A DNA stretch of 64,000 nt from Ostrea edulis (taxonomy: Eukaryota): NCBI RefSeq assembly GCF_947568905.1, contig NC_079166.1:91946001-92010000 (forward strand). The letters run 5' to 3'. Below the pieces are notes generated by a model. It was not told the DNA's origin. It did no database searches and worked only from the letters and a program-made list of their open reading frames with translations. Position numbers and translations under genes: made by a program. This document shows, one piece after another, positions 25,620 through 36,305 of this stretch; position 1 is the stretch's first letter; every line of letters starts with the position of its first letter.

Positions 25620-26280
25620 TTTTTCACCAATAATCTTGTTTTTCTTTTTGCTTAATGATGTGAAAGGATGTGTGTACTTGTGTACAGGTAGCTATGATAC
25701 TGCTTTGATGTTGTCCCAGTCATGAAATTAAAAAAAATGGGATAAATAATTTTGAATTTCAATTGTGGTATTGTCAAAAGTTTGAAGTTACCATGTACAC
25801 AAATGAGCTTGTGTCTTAATGTGTTAATAGTGGGCACATATAAAATTGTAAATAACTAACACATATGTATATGTGCTCACTATTTAGAAATTAAAATTCA
25901 GGCATTATAGCAGCTACATAGGTTGAGAACAAAATGAATAAGGGACTGTGATTTTGCGATGTGTGTCATGTACTGAATCCCCTTGAAGTCAATTTAACAT
26001 TATTTAGAGGCCTAGTGACGAGTAGTCAGTGGTAAAACATTTAAGGTTATTACTACACAAACAACTTAACTTACTTGTCAGTCCATGCCGACTTCTTTTT
26101 GAACACCTACAGCATCGCAGATCCATGCACAAGTCAAATGCGTTAAATTTGATGAACCTTCCATTTGGATTTGTAAACAACACTGAATAACGGTACAATT
26201 GATCGACATGCCGTTGGCAGGCATACGTATACGTTGAAATTCGTTGCTTTCTCACAAAGTTCTGTGTTCTTTTTCGTCAT
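25620..26280 (-). pseudogene. Possible degenerate Myb/SANT-like second ORF of the Harbinger element
   Basis: ATG at 26280 points inward ~230 bp from the right TIR; frame-shifted fragments EKATNF, RYSVLF, AWICDAVGVQK, donor caa|gtaagt at ~26073, then DWDNIK and KIIGE at ~25720-25620. Confidence 0.35.
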
Positions 26281-26548
26281 AATGCGGCGGTAGCGCAGGA
26301 AATTCAAAGTAAATGAGCAAATTCACACTTTTTACGCTTCAAAGTGAAAATAGCCACTGCGCACGCGTAAGTGCAATCGTACATCGTAAGTTACGTTTGC
26401 GGCTACGAACGGTTTTGTGAATACCATTTTATGAGTACGTAACTCTAATCTTAAGTCAGACGTAAATCCTACGTTTACGTTTACGTCTACGAACTTTAGT
26501 AAATATGGGTCCTGATCCCCTACACTGGTATGTTCAGGTGTACATGTT

Positions 26549-28213
26549 CTATAGTCATTACTACAAGTCATAAATCTATAGCAATTGTCACAATACATAA
26601 ATTTATAGTCATTACTACAAGGCATAAATCTACATTCATTACTACAAGTCATAAATCTATAGCAATTGTCACAATACATAAATCTATAGTCATTACTACA
26701 AGGCATAAATCTACATTCATTACTACAAGTCATAAATCTATAGCCATTGTTACAATACATATATCTATAGTCATTACTACAAGACATAAATCTATAATCA
26801 TTACTACAAGACATAAATATATAGTCATTACTACAAGACATAACTCTATAGTCATTACTATAATACATAAATCTATAGTCATTATTACAAGACATAAATA
26901 TATAGTCATTATTACAATACATAAATCTATAGTCATTATTACAATACATAAATCTATAGTCATTACTACAAGACATAAATCTATAGTCATTACTACAAGT
27001 CATAAATCTATAGTCATTACTACAATACATAAATATATAGTCATTACTACAAGTCATAAATCTATAGTCATTACTACAATACATAAATATATAGTCATTA
27101 CTACAAGCTGTAAGTCTATACTCATTATTACAAGACATAAATCTATAGTCATTATTACAATACATAAATCTATAGTCATTACTACAAGACATAAATCTAT
27201 GGTCATTATTACAAGACATAAATTTATAGTCATTATTACAAGACATAAATCTATAGTCATTATTACAAGACATAAATCTATAATCATTACTACAAGACAT
27301 AAATATATAGTCATTACTACAAGACATAACTCTATAGTCATTACTATAATACATAAATCTATAGTCATTATTACAAGACATAAATATATAGTCATTATTA
27401 CAATACATAAATCTATAGTCATTATTACAATACATAAATCTATAGTCATTACTACAAGACATAAATCTATAGTCATTACTACAAGTCATAAATCTATAGT
27501 CATTACTACAATACATAAATATATAGTCATTACTACAAGTCATAAATCTATAGTCATTACTACAATACATAAATCTATAGTCATTATTACAATACATAAA
27601 TCTATAGTCATTACTACAAGACATAAATCTATAGTCATTACTACAAGTCATAAATCTATAGTCATTACTACAATACATAAATATATAGTCATTACTACAA
27701 GTCATAAATCTATAGTCATTACTACAATACATAAATATATAGTCATTACTACAAGCTGTAAGTCTATACTCATTATTACAAGACATAAATCTATAGTCAT
27801 TATTACAATACATAAATCTATAGTCATTACTACAAGACATAAATCTATGGTCATTATTACAAGACATAAATTTATAGTCATTATTACAATACATAAATCT
27901 ATAGTCATTATTACAAGACATAAATCTATAATCATTACTACAATACATAAATCTATAGTCATTGTTACAATACATAAATCTATAGTCATTATTACAATAC
28001 ATAAATCTATAGTCATTACTACAATACATAAATCTATAGTCATTATTACAAGACATAAATCTATAGTCATTATTACAAGACATAAATCTATAGTCATTAT
28101 TACAATACATAAATCTATAGTCATTATTACAAGACATAAATCTATAGTCATTATTACAAGACATAAATCTATAGTCATTATTACAAGACATAAATCTATA
28201 GTCATTACTACAA
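26549..28213. repeat. Satellite/minisatellite, 27-bp unit, ~60 copies
   Basis: Unit acataaatctatagtcattattacaag; produces the spurious 619- and 588-aa ORFs with 9-aa periodicity. Confidence 0.95.
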
Positions 28214-28215
28214 GG

Positions 28216-28217
<2 letters not shown>

Positions 28218-28275
<58 letters not shown>
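28218..28275. repeat. (CT)n microsatellite
   Basis: Directly visible. Confidence 0.95.
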
Positions 28276-28278
<3 letters not shown>

Positions 28279-28429
28279 ACAGACACGGTTCTATGAAGAT
28301 TGCTGCAAGATATGATTTTATACACAATGGTACACGATATTCACATATCATTTGATAATTTTCATATGAAGCAAAATTTAGTCAAAAACTTTAATGTGAG
28401 AAGAAAGAATCTATTGCTGTAGCTTTTTT

Positions 28430-28490
28430 TTTATTGAAAATAAATATTAGCGGCAAACTAACAATTCAACTTTATGATAAACGGGATGAA
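28430..28490 (+). mobile_element. Short RT-ORF fragment of the Penelope-like family
   Basis: KINISGKLTIQLYDKRDE resembles the KLTTQLYDKRDDF motif of such RT C-terminal regions. Confidence 0.5.
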
Positions 28491-30114
28491 CCAAAGTGTT
28501 TTGTCCTATGTTCGAATTCTAATTCTGAGGTGGGGGTGGGGGTGTGTTTTTTGTTTTTTTTTTTACCAAAAGTCTCCTTTACACTTCATTTTCTTCAATG
28601 GTATGAGTGCGTCATACATTTTTACCCAATCATGATTTCTGTCATTGGTGGTGGTGGTGGGGTGTGGTATGGTGGGGTGGGGGAGTCTTTTACTATCATA
28701 TAGAACTTTAAAGTTGACATTCATTTTATTCACTCCCATTGTTAAAAGTAGTGTGTGTTTTTGCGTGTGTGTGGGTGGGGGGGGGGGGGTGAGGTGGGGT
28801 GGGGTGGGGGTCATCCAATATATCTTTTATTTGCATTACAAAAAATATCAAATAATGGTCATTGTCAATAAAGGTGGCGGCAGGCCCCTCCTCTCCACCC
28901 CCACCCCCCACCCCTGATTATATGTGCCTGAGAACTACCCATAGTATGATCAACCCAATTATTATATTTTGCATTAGTGAATTTTACATCGAGTTCAACG
29001 CAGATATGTAAGATCACATGAGTGACAAATTAACATAAACTCAAGTGATGGAAGAAATCATCAATTAATGATATCCTAATTCTGAATTATTGCTTTCTTT
29101 AAATGAATAAAAACAAACTGTACTACCAATTAATGAGAGCAATATTGAGTTACTCTTCTCGGTTATTGAATCAACGATATCATTGTCTTAATATTGTCTC
29201 CGTGGTATTAGAGGAATACTAAAATATCGCATTAATTAGACACTTTAGAATGAAAGTGCATGCCATTTATCCTTTTGTATTAATTTTAGTAAAAAAAAAA
29301 AGAGTGATGAAAAAGTCAGATAGTTACATGAGTAATGTGTATCAGTTTGTTTCAGCGGATAAAGTTTGTAACAACACTGTCTTTGTATGACTCAACATTA
29401 CAAACTACGATCACTTAATAAATGTACAAAATGTACTTTCTGGTTTTTTCACAAAAAATTGTGACTTTGCGATAGAAAATACAAATTTAGGCCAAATCAA
29501 ATACATTTGATCAGACTACAACCACTATTTCCATAATCTAGACAAAATTCTGCATCAAATAATATAGGTTGTAGTTTGTTCTACCATATGTTGGGGTTAC
29601 TCCCCCTTTTTCAGCCTCTTTTGGGAAATGACCACAGCACTATAAGGAATAAATATTCAAAACATTTGGGTGATTTGAATGCAAATTCCATAAAAAAAAA
29701 AGTCTCATGAATCCCGAGAATTATACATTCACAGAACATTTTTGTCAATATTTGAATGAGTGTTTTAATTTAAGGTACACTGAATTGAGAAATGAGGACA
29801 ATTGTGGTTAATCTGAAAACGTTTATTATGTTACGTATACCAGTATATGATGTTAATCTAGGATATACGCCTCATGTTTCGTAATCATTTATAAAGCATT
29901 TGAATTTAATTTAATTTTATTACAACTGCATTTCAAACAAATTTTCTTTAATTCCGCAATTGATAAAGGCGCCAAGTCCCCTCTCCAACGAAGACATTCT
30001 TTTCAAATCCCGCTTCAATTTTAAACAAATTTAATATCCCAGTCTACGATTTTCGGTACTATCCTGGATTTCTGAACAAAAATCCTCACCAACAGAGATC
30101 CATTAAATGGTCTA

Positions 30115-30692
30115 CCAAGTCCCTATTTTTGCTCCACATAGAAATATAGACATACTCGTATGCTCAGTTCTCGGGGCTTTACATGTAACAGTAAATGCCC
30201 GCACCTACAGGGCCGTAAATTAACCTTCAATTTGGAGGAGGCATGAAATTAGGCGGGGGTCTGGGGGCCGTCCAGGCCCCCAGACGCTGAGCACATTTTG
30301 TGCACACTGAACACGTTTCGTGCAAAATTCTTGATTCTAGGGCCTTCTAAGATGTTACTTGACTAACTCATTCTAAAAGAAAGATTTGGAATGCTTTTTA
30401 AGGGAGGTATCATGTTCTTAGTTATTGGAAACAACATAAATTCTAATGAACTTTAAATTTTAATTTTTTTTGGCTCAAAAGTTGGAGGAGGCAGCTGCCT
30501 CCTCCGCCTCCATGTAATTTACGGCCCTGAACTACACGGGGTCTCTTCTTAATGCCGAACGTGTGGTGAAGGAGCTATCATTACCTATGTTTTTCGTCTT
30601 GTTTGATCCGGCCAAGGTTCAAGCGGGACTCGAACTCACGACCTCCCAGTTACGGAACGAATGCTCTACCACTGAGCTAACACTACTGGTAT
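30115..30692 (-). mobile_element. tRNA-derived SINE interrupted by a MITE
   Basis: Minus-strand head gttagctcagtggtagagcattcg...ggtcgtgagttcgagtccc (A/B boxes), then a body related to the SINEs at 49540 and 57730. Confidence 0.65.
30208..30529. mobile_element. MITE nested in the SINE
   Basis: TIRs CAGGGCCGTAAATTA / TAATTTACGGCCCTG. Confidence 0.8.
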
Positions 30693-31554
30693 CGGATGAC
30701 TTGGTGTTTCTATAAATTTGTGCAAAGGGCAATAACTCTTACTTCTGATTAAATTTACATTAAGTGTACATTTTACAGATTAAAGTGTAGATTTTATAGA
30801 TCAAAGTGTGGGAATTGAAATAGTTGCAGTAATAAGCCTCTGTAGCCCTAAATGATATATACCGGAGCCGAACCAAGTTCAGCACGAAGAGAGGAACAGT
30901 ATTCCACATGGACTCGGTAAGTACTACACTATGCTTTGTCGTGTACGTGCGTGTATTGCTGTAACGGGTGGGAATACACGGTACTGATCAAATCAATATT
31001 AATAATTAAAAAAAAAATTAAATGGTATATTTTCTATTTCAAAATGAGAATTTAACAATCATCTTCACAAAATTTTGTTAATTGCAATGAACGCGTAAGG
31101 CACTGAAGTCAGATAGATATGGATCTATTTATTGGTTTCATAATTCTTTTTTTTTTTCCCAATACATGTAATTAATAACAGAAACTCAAAAGGTGTTTTC
31201 AAAATCGATCATTATAGATTGAATTGAAGGAGTAATAATCGGTGTTTTTGTTTCAAACGAATGTACTCCGGCATCACGTCATTCGCCTTTCTTTCTGTAC
31301 AGATGTATTTTGGGATCACTTGATACTCTCAGGGAAAATGTACTTAAAATACATCTGCGTTACTACCAACATGACACTTAAAACTGACGCGTGGTGTTAT
31401 TTTTTATGTATAAACTTTAAGTAGCTTCTCTTATTCAGTACATGTTTATGAAACCTTATATATTTTGATTGAAATAAGTGGAACTTTTAAACACATGCAT
31501 TTTAAGCGAGCGGTCGCCTATCGTGACATAGTCCTCTTATTTTAACAATGTGAC

Positions 31555-32080
31555 GATGACTAACAGTGATCGTTCTTATAGCTCCTATAAAGAATACAAA
31601 CTAAGGTAGGACAATCACGAACCCCTAGATATACCAGAGGTGGGATTAGGTGCCCAGGAGGAACAAGCATCCCTGTCGACCGGTCACGCCCGCCGCGAGT
31701 CCTATATCTTTTTTTTTTTATTTATTAATTTTTTATTTCACAAATATTGACATAAGACAGAAGAACATTTGCCATTTTTTTTCTAACCACTTTCATACTC
31801 ACGCTCATACTTTTGTTGGTAAGTGCTTGCATTTTTAATATAATTTGTAGGGAAAAATTATAACAATACAGAGTTCGAGTAAATAGATAAAAGTACATGT
31901 GGCTTCAAAAGTAGGGGGGAAAAAACATTGCTTGAAATAGCAAAATTATGATTTTTTTATGTTGTCAAAAAGTGTTTCCATACATGCCAGGTATTTTCAA
32001 ATTTTTGTATTTCTAAATTCAGGAGTCAGAAGTGAGTCCTATATCTTGATCAGGTGAACGGAGTAATCCATAGTCAGAAT
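31555..32080 (-). repeat. Penelope-like 3' fragment interrupted by a LINE insertion
   Basis: Matches the family consensus on both sides of 31711-32033. Confidence 0.75.
31711..32033 (-). mobile_element. 5'-truncated L1/Tx1-like LINE end with poly(A) and 14-bp TSD
   Basis: TSD GAGTCCTATATCTT at 31697-31710 and 32034-32047; poly-T at the left end; minus frame NLEIQKFENTWHVWKHFLTT*. Confidence 0.7.
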
Positions 32081-32613
32081 AACATATATAGAAATACGAA
32101 ACTGTTTAGTAATGCTTTAGCATCTTGAGAGATTTTACAATGAGCCCACTACGTAGCGTCATAATCTGCAGAGGCTCTGTGTTGTGTACAGTCTACATAT
32201 GTATTATATATAAAACCCAAATCTTCCCTCGTTCGTTAAAAAAGACACTGACATTTTCATATGAGACTTCTTTTGCAGATGAATTCAAGATTCAAAATTC
32301 ATTATACGGCATTCAAAATCTGGATTCGATATCGAAATAGCTATAAGATAAATTCTTAGAAGCCGTTTGATAATTCTTCCAAACCATTGTTTAAGGTGGG
32401 TACATGTAGCTACACAAGAATTATATTTAAGGTTGCATTGAAAGTCTCATATGGAGTACGAATGAGCGATACAAACTATCAAATCCATGCATTTTTGTGC
32501 TTTGTTTGCAGAGAAGAGATTTTACAGTCAGACTCATCCTGTGGTTTGACGCATGGCAGCAATAAATCAAGCGTGTCTAGTGGACCCTGAGAGACGTGCT
32601 AAATTAGTAATTT

Positions 32614-32667
<54 letters not shown>

Positions 32668-32924
32668 CACAAAAACCCAACAACACCCTACTTTCTTAAA
32701 GTGTCGGATCTGAGAAGATACAAGGCCAGTAAAGAAATTTATAAAAGCACTGAAAAGGCCACGACACTGTTGGTATTGTATCACTCTTGTCACCAATGTA
32801 GTTTATCGATACTTGTCGTTTTTGCGTGTTATTTGTTTATGTAATATATGTCTCTTGATAAAGACGCGGGATGCGTTGAACATTCGAGTTTTAAATAACC
32901 AACAGTGTCGAGGCCTTTTCAGTG

Positions 32925-32975
<51 letters not shown>

Positions 32976-34627
32976 ATCACTGCTTGTTTTAAAATAATAT
33001 GTAAGCATGTCAGTCAGAAATAAAGATATAAAATACAAATATAATTTAAAAAGAAATTGAAATGAAATGACCTAAATTCAAAAATATTGCGAATTTTCCA
33101 ATTTGAACCAAGCCCGATTGGAATTACAAAAAGAGGAAAGAGATAACATTGCATAATGATTAACATACTGAATGACATCCAATGAAGCAGTAATTTGATT
33201 ATTTTAGTGTATTCTAGTCATTTTGATCGGGATTGGTACTTTTTCCTCAGGTTTCAAATCAAAATTATGAAATTTCAATATCTTTTTTAAACTTGTGTTT
33301 GTCTAATATATCGTTTTTCCAATCGACATGTTAGTGAAGATTTTAACCGTAGATTTAAAGAGTATTAAAAAATTATGGTTATTATCATCATAAGCTGTTT
33401 TATCTATATTTTTTTTAGAATGCCTATAGCCGAGTATTCTTGGCATGTTTTACTAGATATATCATTAGCTTATAGTATGTACCAAATCACAATTAAAATA
33501 TCTTATTTGCAATAAAACACCCCTCTCTATTACAAAAAAAAAAAAAAAAAATACAAAAACTAAAACTGAAATCACTCTTTCAAAGGTGAAATCGTACCTC
33601 ATATGAGGTTCTTTATCGAGCCTGAACATAACATTGCAGTGAAACCAATGACAATGATCGTTATTCTCATGACTGTATAAAAATGCCAAGTAGATGTACA
33701 GGGTGTTAAAAATTCATAATAAATAGAAAACAACACATGCTTGTGGAAGGCACAACAGCGGGTAAGTGACCCAGGAGAGATTTAAACAATCGGAGTGACC
33801 GAGGCAATTCACCGTCACTGATGCGAAACATTACCTACGTACTTATATAATCACAGATCACATGTGTGCATGTTAGTTATGATTTGAAAATAGATAAGGT
33901 ATCTGATATCTGAACATGTTAAAACAGACACTCGTCATTTAATCGGAAGACGAAATCATAATGCAATCATAAATTTATCATAACCTTATGGCGATATGTC
34001 TCACAGTACTCGTGTTTGAGGGGCAATAGCTAAGATAAAAATCTAACACAGTTTGTGTGTATTGGTATTGTCAGTGTACTTTGACGTGTAGGTATAACCT
34101 ATATTGAGAGTGCTTTTTAAATATTTCTACCGGATTAAACATTCTCTGTGTTAAGTTTTAAGCCTGAAGAAGATTTAAACACAGGTTGTAAAACCACCAC
34201 TGAAGACCGTGTAGTATAGAGTGCACGTTTGTTATCTATCGGGGGAACTTTAAACTTTTTAAAAGAAGAAGGGTATTTCCTATTGCGATAAAATATCGAC
34301 AGAAGACGGGGAAAAAGGGGCGTATAAATTATTGCATTTACTGTGCTTCAACTCGACACCATAAGGAATATTTTCTTATGTAACTTCCTTATTCGGCGTG
34401 GAAAATGTTCCGTGATTCTTAAGTTACCTCTTGAAAGATCTGAAGATAAACCTTAAGGAGATTGTACACAATATCTTCGTTGTGTCATTTTAAAACTATG
34501 GAGCGTGCGGATACCTACAATACATTGGGGGATCTGTGCGTGTCTGACCTTCAGTCATTGACTTGAGCATGACCATTCACGCAACACGGAGTTCAGATTG
34601 ACATTCAATTCCATACGCGGTTCGGCT

Positions 34628-35737
34628 ATGAATGCTTCAACTGTTACTGTTTCAAATATTTCAGAAAACGCTTCTGATTTGGATTTTTATTCTGTTTTGA
34701 GGGAATTGAACGACCAGGCAGCACTGCGGTTTCTGCCCGTCATTATTTTCCTGTTTCTTTTGATGATATGTGGGATATTTGGCAATGTGCTCGTGTGTAT
34801 TGTATATATCAGAAAAAGAACAAAACTATCACCGGATTATTTCATCCTAAACTTAGCCTTCCTAGACCTGCTAACATGCATTATTGGGATACCGGTGGAA
34901 ATAGCCGATCTTCGTTATCCCTACATGTTCTATGCCCCCGCGGCATGCAAACTCCTCCGGACCATAGAATCGCTCTCCGCCATGGGGTCAGCGTTGACCC
35001 TGGTGGCAATATCTATAGACAGGTACCAGCGCATCTGTAGACTGGGACAACACTTTAATAACTCCACAGTGAAGAAGCTGTGTGTCGGTGCAATAGTGAT
35101 GGGCGCGGTCATTGGTTGGCCAGCGGCTGTAGTGTTTGGAAAGAAAACGGTGGATGTCGGAGTTCCGGGGATACAGGGCGTGGACTGTTCCACGTCTGAC
35201 GAGATGCGGCAGACTATATACCCCCTGCTTTACTACGGTGCAATAATGCTGTGTTTCGTCGTCTCCGTCGTGTTCGTGGTGTTCGTGTACTTAAGGATAT
35301 CTATATTTATCCGCAAAGGAATCTCATTAAGAAGAAACCGATCAAATGACCCTGTATCGGCCTACTCATTGCACTTACAATTTATAGCGGACGAAAATAC
35401 AAGTGGTTCCTCGCCAAGTCAAGCACACCCCATGTTAGAGGCCACGCCCCAAAATCGCAGACGACAAGTGAACAGCGTAAGAGTGACGCGGACCACCACC
35501 ATCTTTGTTGCTGTGACTGTTGCCTTTATTCTGAGTTATCTCCCGTTTCTCATTTTGATGATCATTCGGAGCGTGAAAAAAGATTTTGAGGACGGTCTGT
35601 CGTCTGATGTAGAGGTCGTTTACAAATTCTTTTTGAAGTCATATTTTGTGAACAATGCAATCAATCCGATGATCTACAGTTTTTTGAACAAGAGATTCCG
35701 AAGTGATGTTAAACGTCTATTGAAATGTATCAAGTGA
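34628..35737 (+). CDS. Class A GPCR, paralogue 3
   Basis: First ATG at 34628 (MNASTVTVSNISENAS; the track starts at a TTG at 34598); LAFLD, DRY, SYLP, NPMIY; N-terminal sequons. Confidence 0.95.
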   Translation: MNASTVTVSNISENASDLDFYSVLRELNDQAALRFLPVIIFLFLLMICGIFGNVLVCIVYIRKRTKLSPDYFILNLAFLDLLTCIIGIPVEIADLRYPYMFYAPAACKLLRTIESLSAMGSALTLVAISIDRYQRICRLGQHFNNSTVKKLCVGAIVMGAVIGWPAAVVFGKKTVDVGVPGIQGVDCSTSDEMRQTIYPLLYYGAIMLCFVVSVVFVVFVYLRISIFIRKGISLRRNRSNDPVSAYSLHLQFIADENTSGSSPSQAHPMLEATPQNRRRQVNSVRVTRTTTIFVAVTVAFILSYLPFLILMIIRSVKKDFEDGLSSDVEVVYKFFLKSYFVNNAINPMIYSFLNKRFRSDVKRLLKCIK

Positions 35738-36197
35738 CTGTTAATTATATTGTTTAAATCTTTATTTGATATCGCAATGCTTGTTTTATTGTACAATTTA
35801 TATCAACTATGTAACGGTCAGTTATCAAATAAGGACACAAAACACAGAAAATGTACTAAATTAGTAATATAAAATAATACCAATACATGTAAAGGATAAA
35901 GTACACCATAAAACACATACATAAGCTGCGGCGTTTTACAAACAGATGGGGGGGGATAACTCTCCTATTTATAGTGTAAATAATTCCATTGAAATAGAAT
36001 CTTGTTCACATGGAAACAATTCATTAACATTCAGATTATTAGGGTGTGTAGACGTCAAAGTATTTCCTTTATAAAAAATTAAAATGCACATGTACCTGGT
36101 ATTTTCTTACACTGTTACAGTATACAAAGTCGCCCCTATGATGCAGTGAGGATAATTACATACGACTCATTACGAGATTGTTTAAATTATATATCAA

Positions 36198-36305
36198 TGC
36201 ATACAATCTAAAATTAGATGCTAGATCCGATCGCGTACTCGCATACGTTATGTATGCGAGTACGCGAGCGGATCTAACATATAATTTTAATTGGATTGCA
36301 ATGCA
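36198..36305. mobile_element. ~108-bp fold-back (hairpin) MITE
   Basis: tagatccgatcgcgtactcgcatac gtta tgtatgcgagtacgcgagcggatcta with outer arms tgcatacaatc / gattgcaatgca. Confidence 0.7.

Larger units (their letters stand above)
17627..26511. mobile_element. ~8.9 kb PIF/Harbinger-type DNA transposon derivative with nested insertions
   Basis: ~36-bp TIRs GGCCCATATTTACTCAGGTTCGTAGACATAAACGTA vs GACCCATATTTACTAAAGTTCGTAGACGTAAACGTA (4 mismatches); CWG flanks (CAG/CTG); CGTA-rich subterminal repeats; Harbinger-like transposase N-terminal relic KDLTNPLDAY...DYRF..LQLCD at ~17845-17956. Confidence 0.8.

Noticed and set aside
26332-28325. 619-aa, 588-aa and other long ORFs (CNNDYRFM / HKSIVITT repeats)
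   Set aside because: Products of a 27-bp satellite open in several frames on both strands; no unique coding sequence or splice context.
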